From Octopus bimaculoides (taxonomy: Eukaryota): DNA of 64,000 bases. Below are positions 1 through 12,681 of this stretch, in pieces. Below the pieces are notes generated by a model. The model had not been told where the DNA came from. It worked only from the letters and a program-made list of their open reading frames with translations, and searched no databases. A program made the translations under genes and the position numbers. The first letter of the stretch is position 1. Every line of letters begins with the position of its first letter. Location of the stretch: assembly GCF_001194135.2 (NCBI RefSeq), contig NC_068988.1, forward strand, positions 31,251,895 to 31,315,894, written 5' to 3'.

Positions 1-205
1 ATAATTCAATCAGGAACGCATTCCTAACCATCCGTTTATTGTAATGTTGAAATTAAAGAAACATAAACAATTTGGAATTACACCTTTGAGATGTCTCAAT
101 TATTTTTTAATCTATATGTGACTTTCAGAATATGAGCTTCTGTTTATGTGTCGTTTTATAAGCGTGCAGTATGTCTGTGCATACGTGTATATGTATATGT
201 ATGTA

Positions 206-268
<63 letters not shown>

Positions 269-567
269 ATACAATATATACATATCGAAATATATACACG
301 TACATACACACATCTAAATGTATATATAAGATATATACACACACATATGTTCACTACACACACACATAAATATACAACTACGACAAAGACAGAGTGTCTA
401 TGAGTATGTTTATAATGTTACTGCGCATGTACGAATTGATACACACTTATTTACGTATACATGCGTGCGTTCCTGCATGCCTCCGTATAAGTGGATGTTA
501 GCTTTGAATCAACAAATAATCCTTTACAACCAGTAAACTATATACATACATATATAGACACACTATA

Positions 568-659
<92 letters not shown>

Positions 660-1449
660 TTTCAATTTTTCTAGCGGCACAACGTCAAGTTTTATTCTCC
701 TACTCGATACATCATTGTTGCTAGAAAAAGTAGGAAGAGTGAAGTGGGTCTCTGTAAGATTTTAATTCAGAACTTCGAGGTAAAAACACTGATTATTGCA
801 AACAATACAGTTCCGATAAAACCATAGACATATTTTCAGGACAGCGTTAGTCGACTAAATCGAATCCGGCACTTGAACGTTAGTCATTTTAATCGTCCCT
901 AGAAAGACAAAGAAGTTGGAAAGATATGAATGTTAATAATTGTTTGAAAGGCATTTTCTTTGTTGCCGGATCGATTTTACTATTCATAAATATAAATTAA
1001 GGATGTTGTAAACAAATACATTGAGAAGTCATTCCCTGACCAACAGAAGTTTCGTTAGACTGCACTGTTGCGTTTAAACTTTGCTTAAACGAAGCAGGCA
1101 CATTGCCTCTTTTTTGTAACCAAGTTTCTTATCAACTGTTAAAATTTTAGGGGCTAGAACTCTGGGTAATAGATTTTTATGATAGTTCTCTTTTGTTACG
1201 TGTTTTATCATGTGTAACATGCAGAATAAGAAAATCGCATTAGCTTTTGAATACCAACAAAGATTTGCATAATACTCACGAAATCACAATATTTATTGTA
1301 CTACTATTTACTTTAATTTCAACTGTACTTATATAAAATATCATCAAGATTTTATGAAATATTATGAGTAATCATGAATAATGAAGCTAAATTGTAATAG
1401 CTATGATAGTACAAAGGATCAAAATATCAATATAGTCAGAAGTGAAATT

Positions 1450-2310
1450 AAACTGTCGTGATCTCCCGTGAGCTCAAATATCTTCACTTCGAATCTAGTT
1501 TCAATTGTAATTGTTTTTCGTTGCTTCATTCCACCTTCTTTGATATAATTTCTCTATCACTTGTATATCCAGAAGGAACCGTGTACCTCACTATGCTCTT
1601 CTGTCTCAACACGAATATTCGATAGAACGAATTCGAAATGATAGGGAAAGAAATAGTTCAGCTAAGTGACATTATTCATTCCGGACTTCTGTGACTTCCA
1701 AGCAGTTCTTTAATAAAATTCATAATTTTCCACTTTGTTGTCCCCCACAAATCTATTGATAACATTCTCGAATTATTTCCAACGTTACTTCTCCTCCATT
1801 GTCATAGATTTAGATGCAAACGTCTACTTGAACCATTGTCCAACAGATACACTAGCAAAAAATTTTTGTGTTGGACAACATCGGAAACGTTGCTTGTATA
1901 TGTGCATAAGCGTCACCTTTGCAACCCAATGTTGTGAAGAATCGTTTGTCAGGCCAAGCAATATTAGAAGAATTTTCAGAACGGATACAAAGGTTTTGTA
2001 CTTTACGTTTTGTTGCCATTCTCTCTTCACATGAGCATGATACTTCTTTTTCTTTCCAATCTTCATTATGATCTATCTTCGCTTGTTGATTGAAAAGTTG
2101 GATATGTATATGGAATAAGAAGTTTCTTCTCATGTAGTATTGGTGCATTTAAAGATAGGAAGTTTGTATCGACCATTTTCTTCCTGGCTTGTAATTTTTT
2201 ATATACAGACACGTCGACCATGCAGAAAGAACAGTCGTTAAGATAGTTTCTTGGGTCTTCGTAGATTTCCTGCTGCCACGTATTCATACGTCTAGTGTAG
2301 ATTTGCATTT
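1450..2310 (-). mobile_element. Degenerate DNA transposase fossil, Chapaev3 (CMC)-like
   Basis: Frameshifted minus-strand translation gives EDPRNYLNDCSFCMVD (cf. REPxNHxxDCYFC), GDAYAHIQATFPMLSN, FENVINRFVGDNKVENYE and DIQVIEKLYQRRWNE (cf. DIKxMExRYQGRW), in the order seen in Chapaev3-type transposases. Family assigned from memory of these motifs. TIRs not confidently found. Confidence 0.6.
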
Positions 2311-3469
2311 ATAAATTACATGAGGAGTCCAAGTTTTGAAATACATTTCAAATACTCAGCAAAATAACATGTTTGATTTGTTTGAGGCTAATGTAATATC
2401 CACAAACACATAACAAAAGAAGTCAGTTGATATCTTTCACTGTCTAGAAGCATCATTATATTATCTGTAACAGTCAAGCACAAAAGTTAATGCAATGTAA
2501 TCAAGGAAAACAAATATGATACGAACTGAACATTGTAAAATTCCGTGATTCTTTGTAATTTTCTAGTTGCAGGTTTCTTAGTTTTCAAAGCACAACTTAC
2601 TTGAATACCTGTAAGAACTACTCTTATATACTATTTATAATAGAATATTCCAGAACAATAAATTATACATTACCTTCAAATGTTTTATAAACGTGTAAGT
2701 ATATCTTTTCGGATCGCTCGTGAAGTCTATTGATTTATATTCTATTAATGCTAACTCATTGTTATGTGGCTCATTGTGTGATGAAATTTTCAATGGATCA
2801 GCATTAGTAAAGTCTGTTATTTTCCTATTTTCCTTTCAGGAGAGAACTCAATAGAAACAGATGTCTGATACGAGTGTAATTTCAACACAGACTAGTATAC
2901 ATAATAGAAAATAATTCATGATATGATTGACAAAATATTCATGCTATTATGGAAAAAGTTTTGCAGCCGTGTTCAGTGTGTTGGAAATATACAAGAAACA
3001 AGAATGTCAAGGGAATAATTCTCTGTTGCGTAATGTAATTAATTCATATAACATGAATCTTTTTATATAATATCAGAGAACAATATATGGTTTAGCTCAA
3101 TCAAGAAGTTATTAGTTTTTTTAAATACAATTTAATATAATAAAACATACATTATCTTAAAAACACTGAAATGTAGTTTGAATATCATTATGTATCATTT
3201 GTGCTTAATTCATTTTGGCATCATAAAAATATACAAACAGTAGAAAGAAAGCATAAGTATTGCGGTTTTCATAATATTCTCTGGAGCTTTAAGGACGTAA
3301 ATGGAAAAATGAAAATAATTTCGATGGACTTAACCGAGAATTGAAACCAGTTCATCTTCTCAATTTTTCAGGACCATCCATCTGTGCACTAAGGCGATGC
3401 TTTAAGGTGATGAGTCCGATAGCTTGTTGCGTCGTATGACACCACTAAAACGTCATCTTGATACACACA

Positions 3470-3517
<48 letters not shown>

Positions 3518-4888
3518 ATATATNNNNNNNNNNNNNNNNNNNNNNNNNNNNNNNNNNNNNNNNNNNNNNNNNNNNNNNNNNNNNNNNNNNNNNNNNNNNN
3601 NNNNNNNNNNNNNNNNNNNNNNNNNNNNNNNNNNNNNNNNNNNNNNNNNNNNNNNNNNNNNNNNNNNGCAGATATCAAGTCAGCTTCTTAGAGCCAAACA
3701 CTCTCTACTCCTTATATATTGCCGCTGTTTGTAGCGAACAGTGATATTTTCTAGTATTGTGAAAGTCTATTTAACTACAAGACCATTTGGGAGTTTAATG
3801 TCTAAGGCCCCGATACAACGTGGTCACAGTGATACACGACCCACTAACATTTCAGCTCATTGATCTTTATCTGACTCACTCGATCAACCTTTCGGATCAA
3901 TAGGCTAGTACAGGAGTCGACATGTGCTCCCCAACCCGTTAGGAATAAACCCAGTTCTCCCTCAACACACATATCATTATCTCGATATGGGAAGGACGAA
4001 TTGAATATTAAATCGTCATATTCACGGTGAGCAGTGAGAATCATAATGATGACTTAGATATGTGTTCCTAATAAATTCCAGCATATTCAAATGTAAATAT
4101 GCTAATCGCTGTAGTGTTTCGTCACAGGAGAACAACTTTCTTCCCTCTACGACAAATAAATGTTTATAACACATTTGAATCATTAGCACAAGTGATTCTG
4201 GAACAGCCGGTACTTTGACATCGTTGTGTCTCGTCAGTCAGAAGCACCCTCGAACTAATGGATTGTACAAAATCTGATGGTAATGTTTATAACTTCAACA
4301 AACAAAATTTTTGCTGATCCGTGGCTGACGGGTCACAACGATGCCAACACGCAGGTTGTCTCTGTATTCCTTGTACTAATGAATTAAATGTGTTACGACT
4401 ACATATTCGATATAAAGAAGTTGTTCTTCTGTGACGAAACAAGATCGAGCAGCATATTCAAGTTAGAAACTGCCGAAACGTATGAAGAATTAATAATGCA
4501 AGTCATTGTCGGATTAAATTCTGTAATCCTAGATCAATCTTAAAATCTGCGTGGTCCCTATTGGAATGCTTTTTGATCATAAATTTGCTGGATCAGAATT
4601 GCTTTGGGGTAAAGTGGCAGGAGCCATAAATGATTAAATGAATATAATGTCCAGAGAATAAGATGTCCAGAGTACAACATGCCCAGAGTAGAACACTGTA
4701 CACTAAACAATTAATCTTTGTATGCCAAAGGGTGGCTGTCAGAAATGTCTACCTGGTTATCTTAAGATAGTTGTGAATTTTTAATAGTCGTTCACTTGAA
4801 TATTTACGACATAGTTTTGTAATGTAATTCAATTAGATGAGATACGAATGGAAGTTATGTTACAAGAAAACCGCTGCGAAAGGATACA

Positions 4889-4963
<75 letters not shown>

Positions 4964-5859
4964 ATATATGTTCTATATCCATGTTCTATTATCTCTCTAT
5001 ATAAATAATATATATATACGCATATAAATGTATATACATGTATGTACATAGAAATGTGCATATATGCATATGTGTGAGTATGTGTGCGTGTATGTGTGTA
5101 TGTATGTATGTGTGTGTGTGCTTGTTCCAATTAATTAATCTGTTTAATTTTAGTGAGGAGAAGAAATCTACTTGTTTTTCATTATTTCGTAGCAATATAA
5201 ATTAAAGTTAAACTGTAGAATCGTATTCAATCTATCTCTTATTTATTTTCTATAACACACACACACACACACATATGAATATGTATGTGTATGTGTGTAT
5301 GTGTGTGTATATTGCTATATGTATACATATATATAAATATATACGTATATGTGTGTGTATGTGGATATAAAGTTATGAATTTATTTCACAGGTAAAGGCA
5401 CTATATTAAATTTGGCTTTTTCAGAGATGTGTACCAATAAATTTTTAGCCTTGTGACTTTTCCCAGAATCTCTCTCATATTCCCGACAGAGATGTTAACT
5501 AAGACTACGTAGAATAAAGGCGCACTATTCTGGTACAAAAAAGGGGTCAGTTTATTAAAATACGGATCAGTGAAGACCAGCGAAGGTGATTCTTGGAGAT
5601 TATTCGATTTTCTAGAAATAGCTGCTAAATTTCTGTCAAGTCACATTACACCGTCTTACAGAAAAGAAGCCATTGGACAGTGTGAACCTAAATATAAGGT
5701 GTAGTCACATCCGGAATAATTTTGCTGACTAGTATATATGATGCGAGTAGACTTGGAATAACTGCACCAATCATGACTTGCTATAAACACAAATGCACAT
5801 ACACATATGTTTAATTTTTTATAAAATCGTAAACGTTCTCAACATTAGTTGTCTGCTGA

Positions 5860-6078
5860 AGGCCGTAAGCTGGTGGAGTCATTAGTACGACGGGGAAAAT
5901 GCTTAGCGGCATTTCATCCATCTTTACGTTCTGAGTTCAAATTCTGCCGAGGTCAACTTTGCGTTTCATCCTCTTGGTGTTGATAAAATACGTATCTGTT
6001 GAGTACTGGGGGTTGATGCTACGGACTTATCCCCTCCATCGAACTTGCTGGTCTTGTACCAAAATTTGAAATTAATAA
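5860..6078 (+). mobile_element. tRNA-derived SINE, family A (copy 1 of a tandem pair)
   Basis: A-box-like head, B box GAGTTCAAATTC, central CTTTGC(C/G)TTTCATCC..GATAAAAT, 3' end CTTGT(A/G)CCAAAATTTGAAA; aligns by eye with about 20 other copies in the window. Confidence 0.85.
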
Positions 6079-6092
6079 TAGTTGTCTGCTGA

Positions 6093-6307
6093 AGGCAGCA
6101 AGCTGGCAGAATCGTTAGCACGCCGGGCAAGATGCTTAGCAGCATTTCATCTGTCTTTATGTTCTGAGTACAAACTCCACTGAGGTTGACTTTGCCTTTC
6201 ATCCTTTCAGGATCGATAAAAGAAGTGCCATTTGAACACTGGTGTAGATGTAATCGACTTACCTTCTTCCTCGAAATTGCTGACTTTGTGGCACAACTTG
6301 AAACTAA
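6093..6307 (+). mobile_element. tRNA-derived SINE, family A (copy 2 of a tandem pair)
   Basis: AGGCAGCAAGCTGGCAGAATCGTTAGC head, B-box-like GAGTACAAACTCC, same core and 3' end; flanked by TTGTCTGCTGA direct repeats. Confidence 0.85.
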
Positions 6308-6727
6308 TATTTGTCTGCTGAGACTGGTGTATGTACGAGATCAGATCACAAAACGGTATCTAAGCATGTTGTACGATTAATTGTAGTTGCGGTAGTGAAC
6401 ACGTATACCAAACGGCAAGTCGGTAGCTTCATTTTTTCGTATTAACTTGTTTCAAGTGTTCAAAAATTAACATATACCGTATCTGATAAACGTCGACTTT
6501 CTAGTTATCTCCTGCCCAATAAAAAGAAGAAACAGCTTTTGAGTTAAAAAACTGTGCATTCTCCATTCAGTAATTTGTATTATCTATACCTCGTGAAAAA
6601 GTAAATGCATTTGTCATTAAATATACATACCTATGTGTTTGTACATATGTGTTTATCTTCTGTATATATTTAGTTTTTTTTTATCTGCATACATCCGTAT
6701 ATATGCTTATATATGTATGTATATAAT

Positions 6728-6940
6728 TGTATCAAGCCTAATTGTGTTTATCTGCATCGCTAGATCGCTAGCCACTACACATTCTTTTTTTTTTCTCTCC
6801 TTGTTTCTTTCTGTGTTCCTTTCTGTGGAAAAGCGTAGGCTCGAAACGTTAAAGACTTCTTCATTTCCCGAGCGTTACACTAATACATTTGTTTATTGTC
6901 TACACCACCTGCCTTTTGTTTTCTTTTGTGAGTTCTCCCT
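6728..6940 (+). mobile_element. Short non-coding interspersed repeat carrying a hammerhead-like motif (probably Penelope-derived)
   Basis: Diverged second copy on the minus strand at ~25480-25672; contains CTTT-CTGTGGA-A-AAGC-GTAG-GCTC-GAAAC-GTT-AAAG; followed directly by (TA)n. Confidence 0.55.
6819..6854 (+). ncRNA. Minimal type-I hammerhead ribozyme-like motif, variant core (degenerate)
   Basis: Stem I CTTT/AAAG, core CUGUGGA (U at position 6), stem II (A)AGC-GUAG-GCU(C), GAAA, palindromic ACGU stem III, GUU cleavage triplet. Confidence 0.45.
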
Positions 6941-7239
6941 ATATATATATATATATATATATATNNNNNNNNNNNNNNNNNNNNNNNNNNNNNNNNNNNN
7001 NNNNNNNNNNNNNNNNNNNNNNNNNNNNNNNNNNNNNNNNNNNNNNNNNNNNNNNNNNNNNNNNNNNNNNNNNNNNNNNNNNNNNNNNNNNNNNNNNNNN
7101 NNNNNNNNNNNNNNNNNNNNNNNNNNNNNNNNNNNNNNNNNNNNNNNNNNNNNNNNNNNNNNNNNNNNNNNNNNNNNNNNNNNNNNNNNNTATATGTAAA
7201 TAAAACAAAAGCGGGGGTGTATTTCCACGCAGAAAAAAT

Positions 7240-8198
7240 ATAGGAAAATTTGTTGAAAATACACCTGAATTTGAAAACTTGTAATTGTCTTCAAATAAAT
7301 TTATTTTCATACATAATAAACTAGTTTCAACAATATCTTTTTGTTTATCAATGGTAAAAATTTAAAATTGCGAAATAGAAAAACATGTTTAAAAGATTTA
7401 ATGTTTACAAGGGTCGATAATATCAAATATGATTTAAATGTCCACAACATTCAATTACATAAAAAATGTGGATCATCTTGTTTAAATGCACAAAATTCAA
7501 TTGTGATAGAAGTGATCGATAAGAAATGTGGATCAGCAAAGTTTCGGTCATATTGAGTTAAGAGGGAGAAAAACAAAGGTGAAATGAAGATAGTAAGAAA
7601 AAAAGGATTTGTTACAGTTTTTATGGTTCCTTTCCCGTCATGTGCTGGGATTTTCGCTTCTAACGGCGTTTTTGGAATCCGGTGTGTTTATAATTTTTTT
7701 TTCCGTGAACGGATCTGATTTTTGGTTCGTTAAAGTACTGATGACGTCATATTTTTCTAGTGGACTAGTTTGTCGTTCTGCCTGCTTGACTTTCCTGTGG
7801 GGAAAGGTCATCATCCGTTCCTGTTGGTTGATTCTCTTAAAGGTCATTTTGTTGTCTCCCTTGTTCTTCTCCCTCTTAATTCAGTATGACTGAACCTTTG
7901 ATGATATAAATTTCTTATCGATCACTTCTAACACTATTGAATTTTGTGTATTTAAACAAGATGATCCACATTTTTTTAATTATTGAATGTTGTGAACGTT
8001 TAAACGATATTTGATATTATTGAATCTTGTAAATATTGAATCTTTTAAACGTGTTTTTCTATTTCACAATTTAAAATTTTTACCATTGATAAACAAAAAA
8101 TGTTATTGAAACAAGTTTGCTATGTATGTAAATAAATTTATTTAAAAACAATTAGTTTTTTCAAATTCAAGTGCATTTTCAACAACAAATTTTCCTAT
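7240..8198. mobile_element. Foldback/MITE-like non-autonomous DNA element with ~350-bp terminal inverted repeats
   Basis: ~7240-7590 is the diverged reverse complement of ~7850-8198 (ATAGGAAAATTTGTTG / CAACAAATTTTCCTAT; TGATCGATAAGAAAT / ATTTCTTATCGATCA). ~260-bp spacer; TA on both outer sides; no ORF. Confidence 0.75.
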
Positions 8199-8236
8199 AT
8201 AGATATAAATTATTAAGGTGGCTATTCGCAATTTAC

Positions 8237-8269
<33 letters not shown>

Positions 8270-9005
8270 CACACACACCTGTGTGTTTGTGTGTTTGTGT
8301 GTGTGTGTGTTTGTGTGTTTGTGTGTGTGGATGAATTTAGTTTATGCGCTTGCAGACATGAATATAAACAATACAATTGACAAGCAGTTTATCAGTGACT
8401 CAACGGGTCAATACAGTTTAGAGTAATAATAAAGCTTCTCTTCAATTAATTCTCATTATTATTCTCTCCCTCTTTATAGCCAATCTCTCTCTCTTAAATC
8501 CGTTTCCATTGTCTCTCACACCACTTTTCTGCTCACCTCCCTCCCCGTACAACTAATTCATTGCACTGTCTGTCATTCTTCCACGTCCAAACTCCCGAAT
8601 AGAAAGCACTATTTCTCATGTTCCTCGAAAAAAAAATAATGTCTCCGAGGCCTCTTCTTTTAATGTTACACGAACTCAAGCGACTTTCCAATTAAGAAAT
8701 AAATTAAAACATACAAACCAGCATTAGTTTCCCTATATACACACATTTACAAAACACACACACACACACACATGCACATACACGCACAAACACTCACACA
8801 CACACGCGCACACACACCACACACACACACTCATGCAGATACTTACATGTACGCTGTTACACGTACAGAAACATGCACAATCACATGCATTTGTATTTGC
8901 TCATAAAATTCACTATACGTGGAGGCGTGCATATGTTTGTGTATTATTTCATTACAATAGTAACTGACTGAGTGCTCAAGTCTAAAATGTTATATTCTTT
9001 ATGTA

Positions 9006-9157
9006 AGGCGTGGATGTGTGGTAAGAAACTTGCTTCTCAACCACATGGTTCCGAGTTCAGTCCTACTGCGTGTCATATTGAGTGGCTTCTACTATAGCTT
9101 CGGGCCGACCAAAGCCTTGTGAGTGGATTTGGTAGAGGAAACTGAAAAAATCCCGTC

Positions 9158-9194
<37 letters not shown>

Positions 9195-9475
9195 CAGGAC
9201 GGGCTTCATATATATATTTATGTGTCTGTGTTTCTCCCCCCCCCCCCCCCNNNNNNNNNNNNNNNNNNNNNNNNNNNGCCATCAACGCTTGATAACCGAT
9301 GTTGGTGTGTTTATGTCACCGAAACTTACCGGTTCGGCAAAATAGACAGATGGAATGAATAAGTGCTAGGCTTACAAAGAATAAATCCTGGGGTAAATTT
9401 CTTCGAATAAAGGCGGTGCTCCAGCATGGCCACAGTCAAATTGTTGAAACGTGTAAAAGAGTAAAATAGTAAAGT
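9006..9475 (+). mobile_element. tRNA-derived SINE, family B (internal TA/TG microsatellite)
   Basis: Collinear with the copy at 48161-48556: TGTGTGGTAAG head, GTTCAGTCC B box, CGACCAAAGCCTTGTGAGTGGATTTGGTAGA core, CTCCAGCATGGCC..GTCAA and AAAAGAGTAAAA tail. Confidence 0.85.
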
Positions 9476-11306
9476 GTAATATATTATCTGATAGTTATAT
9501 ATGATACTCAAATGCATTTTTTTAAAAATTGAAATATTTCAATCTTTAAACTGTGTTTATGTAAGTGATGCTGACTACATTTATAATTGTGGTTTCACTT
9601 ATGAATATGAGAACATTCTAACTCAAAGCATCAACTGAATTGCTCAACAAATCAATGTCATGCCTTATCTATCGTTATTATTCATGCCTTATCTATGACT
9701 TAAAAAAAATATAATAATATAATTATATACCATACTGTAAATTTTACTTAGTTATTATGTTAAGGTATTTTTAATATTAGATATTTGGAGTTGCGGATGT
9801 AATATCCGTTTACCTATTTTCCTAACGCATACGGAAACAGTTTTTCGCATGGGTTTTCTTTGTTTTGTTTATTATTCTCAAGTCTTTTATAATGTTCTGC
9901 CTCTAGTTTTCTTTTACTATCACGTTATTTAATTAAAACATGTTCGAAATTAATGCGTTATGTAAAGTTTTCTGTTTGTTTTATATCTTTTTATTCATTT
10001 TACTACTTCCTACGTCGTATTTCATCTCTAGTTGTAACATTTGCTATTTATGTTTTATTTTATCCTTAGTCATTGTATTACAATTTTATCTGATATCAGT
10101 TCACTTTGACACACGTAAAAATATCAACATTTCCTTCCACCGTGTTCCCTATATGTAATTTATACTTTCTTTTTGCCTTTTGCATATTTTCCTACAAAGC
10201 TTATGTGTTCATATTTAATGTGACAATATTTTTTGTATCTATTTACTTTCTCATAACTATTGACTTTTACAACATCACATTTACAACGTTTTACTAACTT
10301 TTATTCATATAACTCTTAACTTAGTTTATTCAAGTTTAATGGTATGCACGAATGTTTCGGACATCAACTATTCATTACTCTAAGTTTAGTGTGACAACTA
10401 ATACATTGGGATTGAAACTACGACAGATGGCCTACAAAAAGGTACGGAAAGGCTTTCTATAGAAGACTGCTCGTTTTTTATCAAACTTCGTTTCACAATA
10501 TTACTTTGAACCCCCCCCCCCNNNNNNNNNNNNNNNNNNNNNNNNNNNNNNNNNNNNNNNNNNNNNNNNNNNNNNNNNNNNNNNNNNNNNNNNNNNNNNN
10601 NNNNNNNNNNNNNNNNNNNNNNNNNNNNNNNNNNNNNNNNNNNNNNNNNNNNNNNNNNNNNNNNNNNNNNNNNNNNNNNNNNNNNNNNNNNNNNNNNNNN
10701 NNNNNNNNNNNNNNNNNNNNNNNNNNNNNNNNNNNNNNNNNNNNNNNNNNNNNNNNNNNNNNNNNNNNNNNNNNNNNNNNNNNNNNNNNNNNNNNNNNNN
10801 NNNNNNNNNNNNNNNNNNNNNNNNNNNNNNNNNNNNNNNNNNNNNNNNNNNNNNNNNNNNNNNNNNNNNNNNNNNNNNNNNNNNNNNNNNNNNNNNNNNN
10901 NNNNNNNNNNNNNNNNNNNNNNNNNNNNNNNNNNNNNNNNNNNNNNNNNNNNNNNNNNNNNNNNNNNNNNNNNNNNNNNNNNNNNNNNNNNNNNNNNNNN
11001 NNNNNNNNNNNNNNNNNNNNNNNNNNNNNNNNNNNNNNNNNNNNNNNNNNNNNNNNNNNNNNNNNNNNNNNNNNNNNNNNNNNNNNNNNNNNNNNNNNNN
11101 NNNNNNNNNNNNNNNNNNNNNNNNNNNNNNNNNNNNNNNNNNNNNNNNNNNNNNNNNNNNNNNNNNNNNNNNNNNNNNNNNNNNNNNNNNNNNNNNNNNN
11201 NNNNNNNNNNNNNNNNNNNNNNNNNNNNNNNNNNNNNNNNNNNNNNNNNNNNNNNNNNNNNNNNNNNNNNNNNNNNNNNNNNNNNNNNNNNNNNNNNNNN
11301 NNNNNN

Positions 11307-11380
<74 letters not shown>

Positions 11381-11601
11381 TTTCTTTTCCTCCTCTTCGG
11401 AAGCGAATCTAACCTCGACTGAGTCTAAGTACCTTCCTCTATTTACGATCAATGATGATGAGAAGTGGTTTGTGCGATTCCCGTGTCCATCACACGATTT
11501 TCACTATTTCCATTCATTCGTTATCCTTATGCTATCTTTACCCCCATGTTCTTAATGTCCCGTATTGTCCCTTGACGCTATTCGTCGGTCATGAACGGAC
11601 A

Positions 11602-11658
11602 GCCATTCAGCTGTATGTATGCCATTCAGCTGTATGTATGCCATTCAGCTGTATGTAT
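11602..11658 (+). repeat. 19-bp minisatellite x3 (GCCATTCAGCTGTATGTAT)
   Basis: Three exact tandem units that run into (ATGT)n. Confidence 0.9.
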
Positions 11659-12328
11659 GTATGTATGTATGCATCAATCTATCTGTCTATCTATCTATCT
11701 ATTTATGTCTGTTTATGATGTGCCATTCGGCTTGCGTGTATTTCAGTATCACATGATTCACAATAACGAGCTTTTCAAATTCAAAGTCGATAATGCTATG
11801 ATTTATAAACTAAAAGAAAACAGATTTACATAGCAACAGAAATATAAGAAAAAAAGAAAAAAAAAAGCAATTGAAGGAATTCTCTACATCTTTGCAGGCA
11901 CCACTAGAAATATCAGTCAACACATACCCCAACATGTACCTCAACTACCTTTTCGAAAAGAAGACAACATAAAGACCTACAGGCTATTAAAAATTTAGAT
12001 TTTCACTAGTTTCAGCCATTGCAATGTGAACATGCTAAGGTTCACTCCGTTGAGATCCTCAGCACAACTACAAAGAGGTTAACTATATTCTTGCCGACCA
12101 TAAATATTTTTTATTGATCAGAACCACCGTTAAATAATATTTGTTGATCATAACGACAGAAATCATATTTTCTATTTAGTACTTATTTTATCGATCTATA
12201 TTTACCATTTTGACACAACGAAATAGTTCTGACTTTTTAGTTTGTGCTGTTGTGTCCAACACATAAACACATAAACTCATAAACCCAGATAAATAACCCC
12301 ATATATATATATATCTTTGTACATATAT

Positions 12329-12371
<43 letters not shown>

Positions 12372-12616
12372 AATATATATATATATATTCATGTGTACAT
12401 TAACACAAAACCATGTACACACATATACAAAACATACGCACAAACACTTTGTGTTGTGATATGTGTAGTTCTTCCATAATCAATAATCGATATCTGTGAC
12501 GAACTCTATATCGTATGGATGTATTATCTATTTATAAGTTTTCCATATAAGTTTGCTTTATGGTGTCATAACCATATATTAGCATACATATACTCTCTCA
12601 TATATATGAATATGAA

Positions 12617-12681
<65 letters not shown>

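Noticed and set aside
112-724. Many long ORFs in the supplied track (poly-YI, HT, CV, SL, ER, poly-I/N/L/T and X-filled ORFs throughout the window)
   Set aside because: They are translations of di- and trinucleotide microsatellites or N gaps, with no domain content or splice context.
4208-4237. Minus-strand CTGACGA-GACA-CAACGA-TGTC hammerhead-like start
   Set aside because: Followed by AAAG rather than GAAA, with no convincing stem I or III; probably chance.
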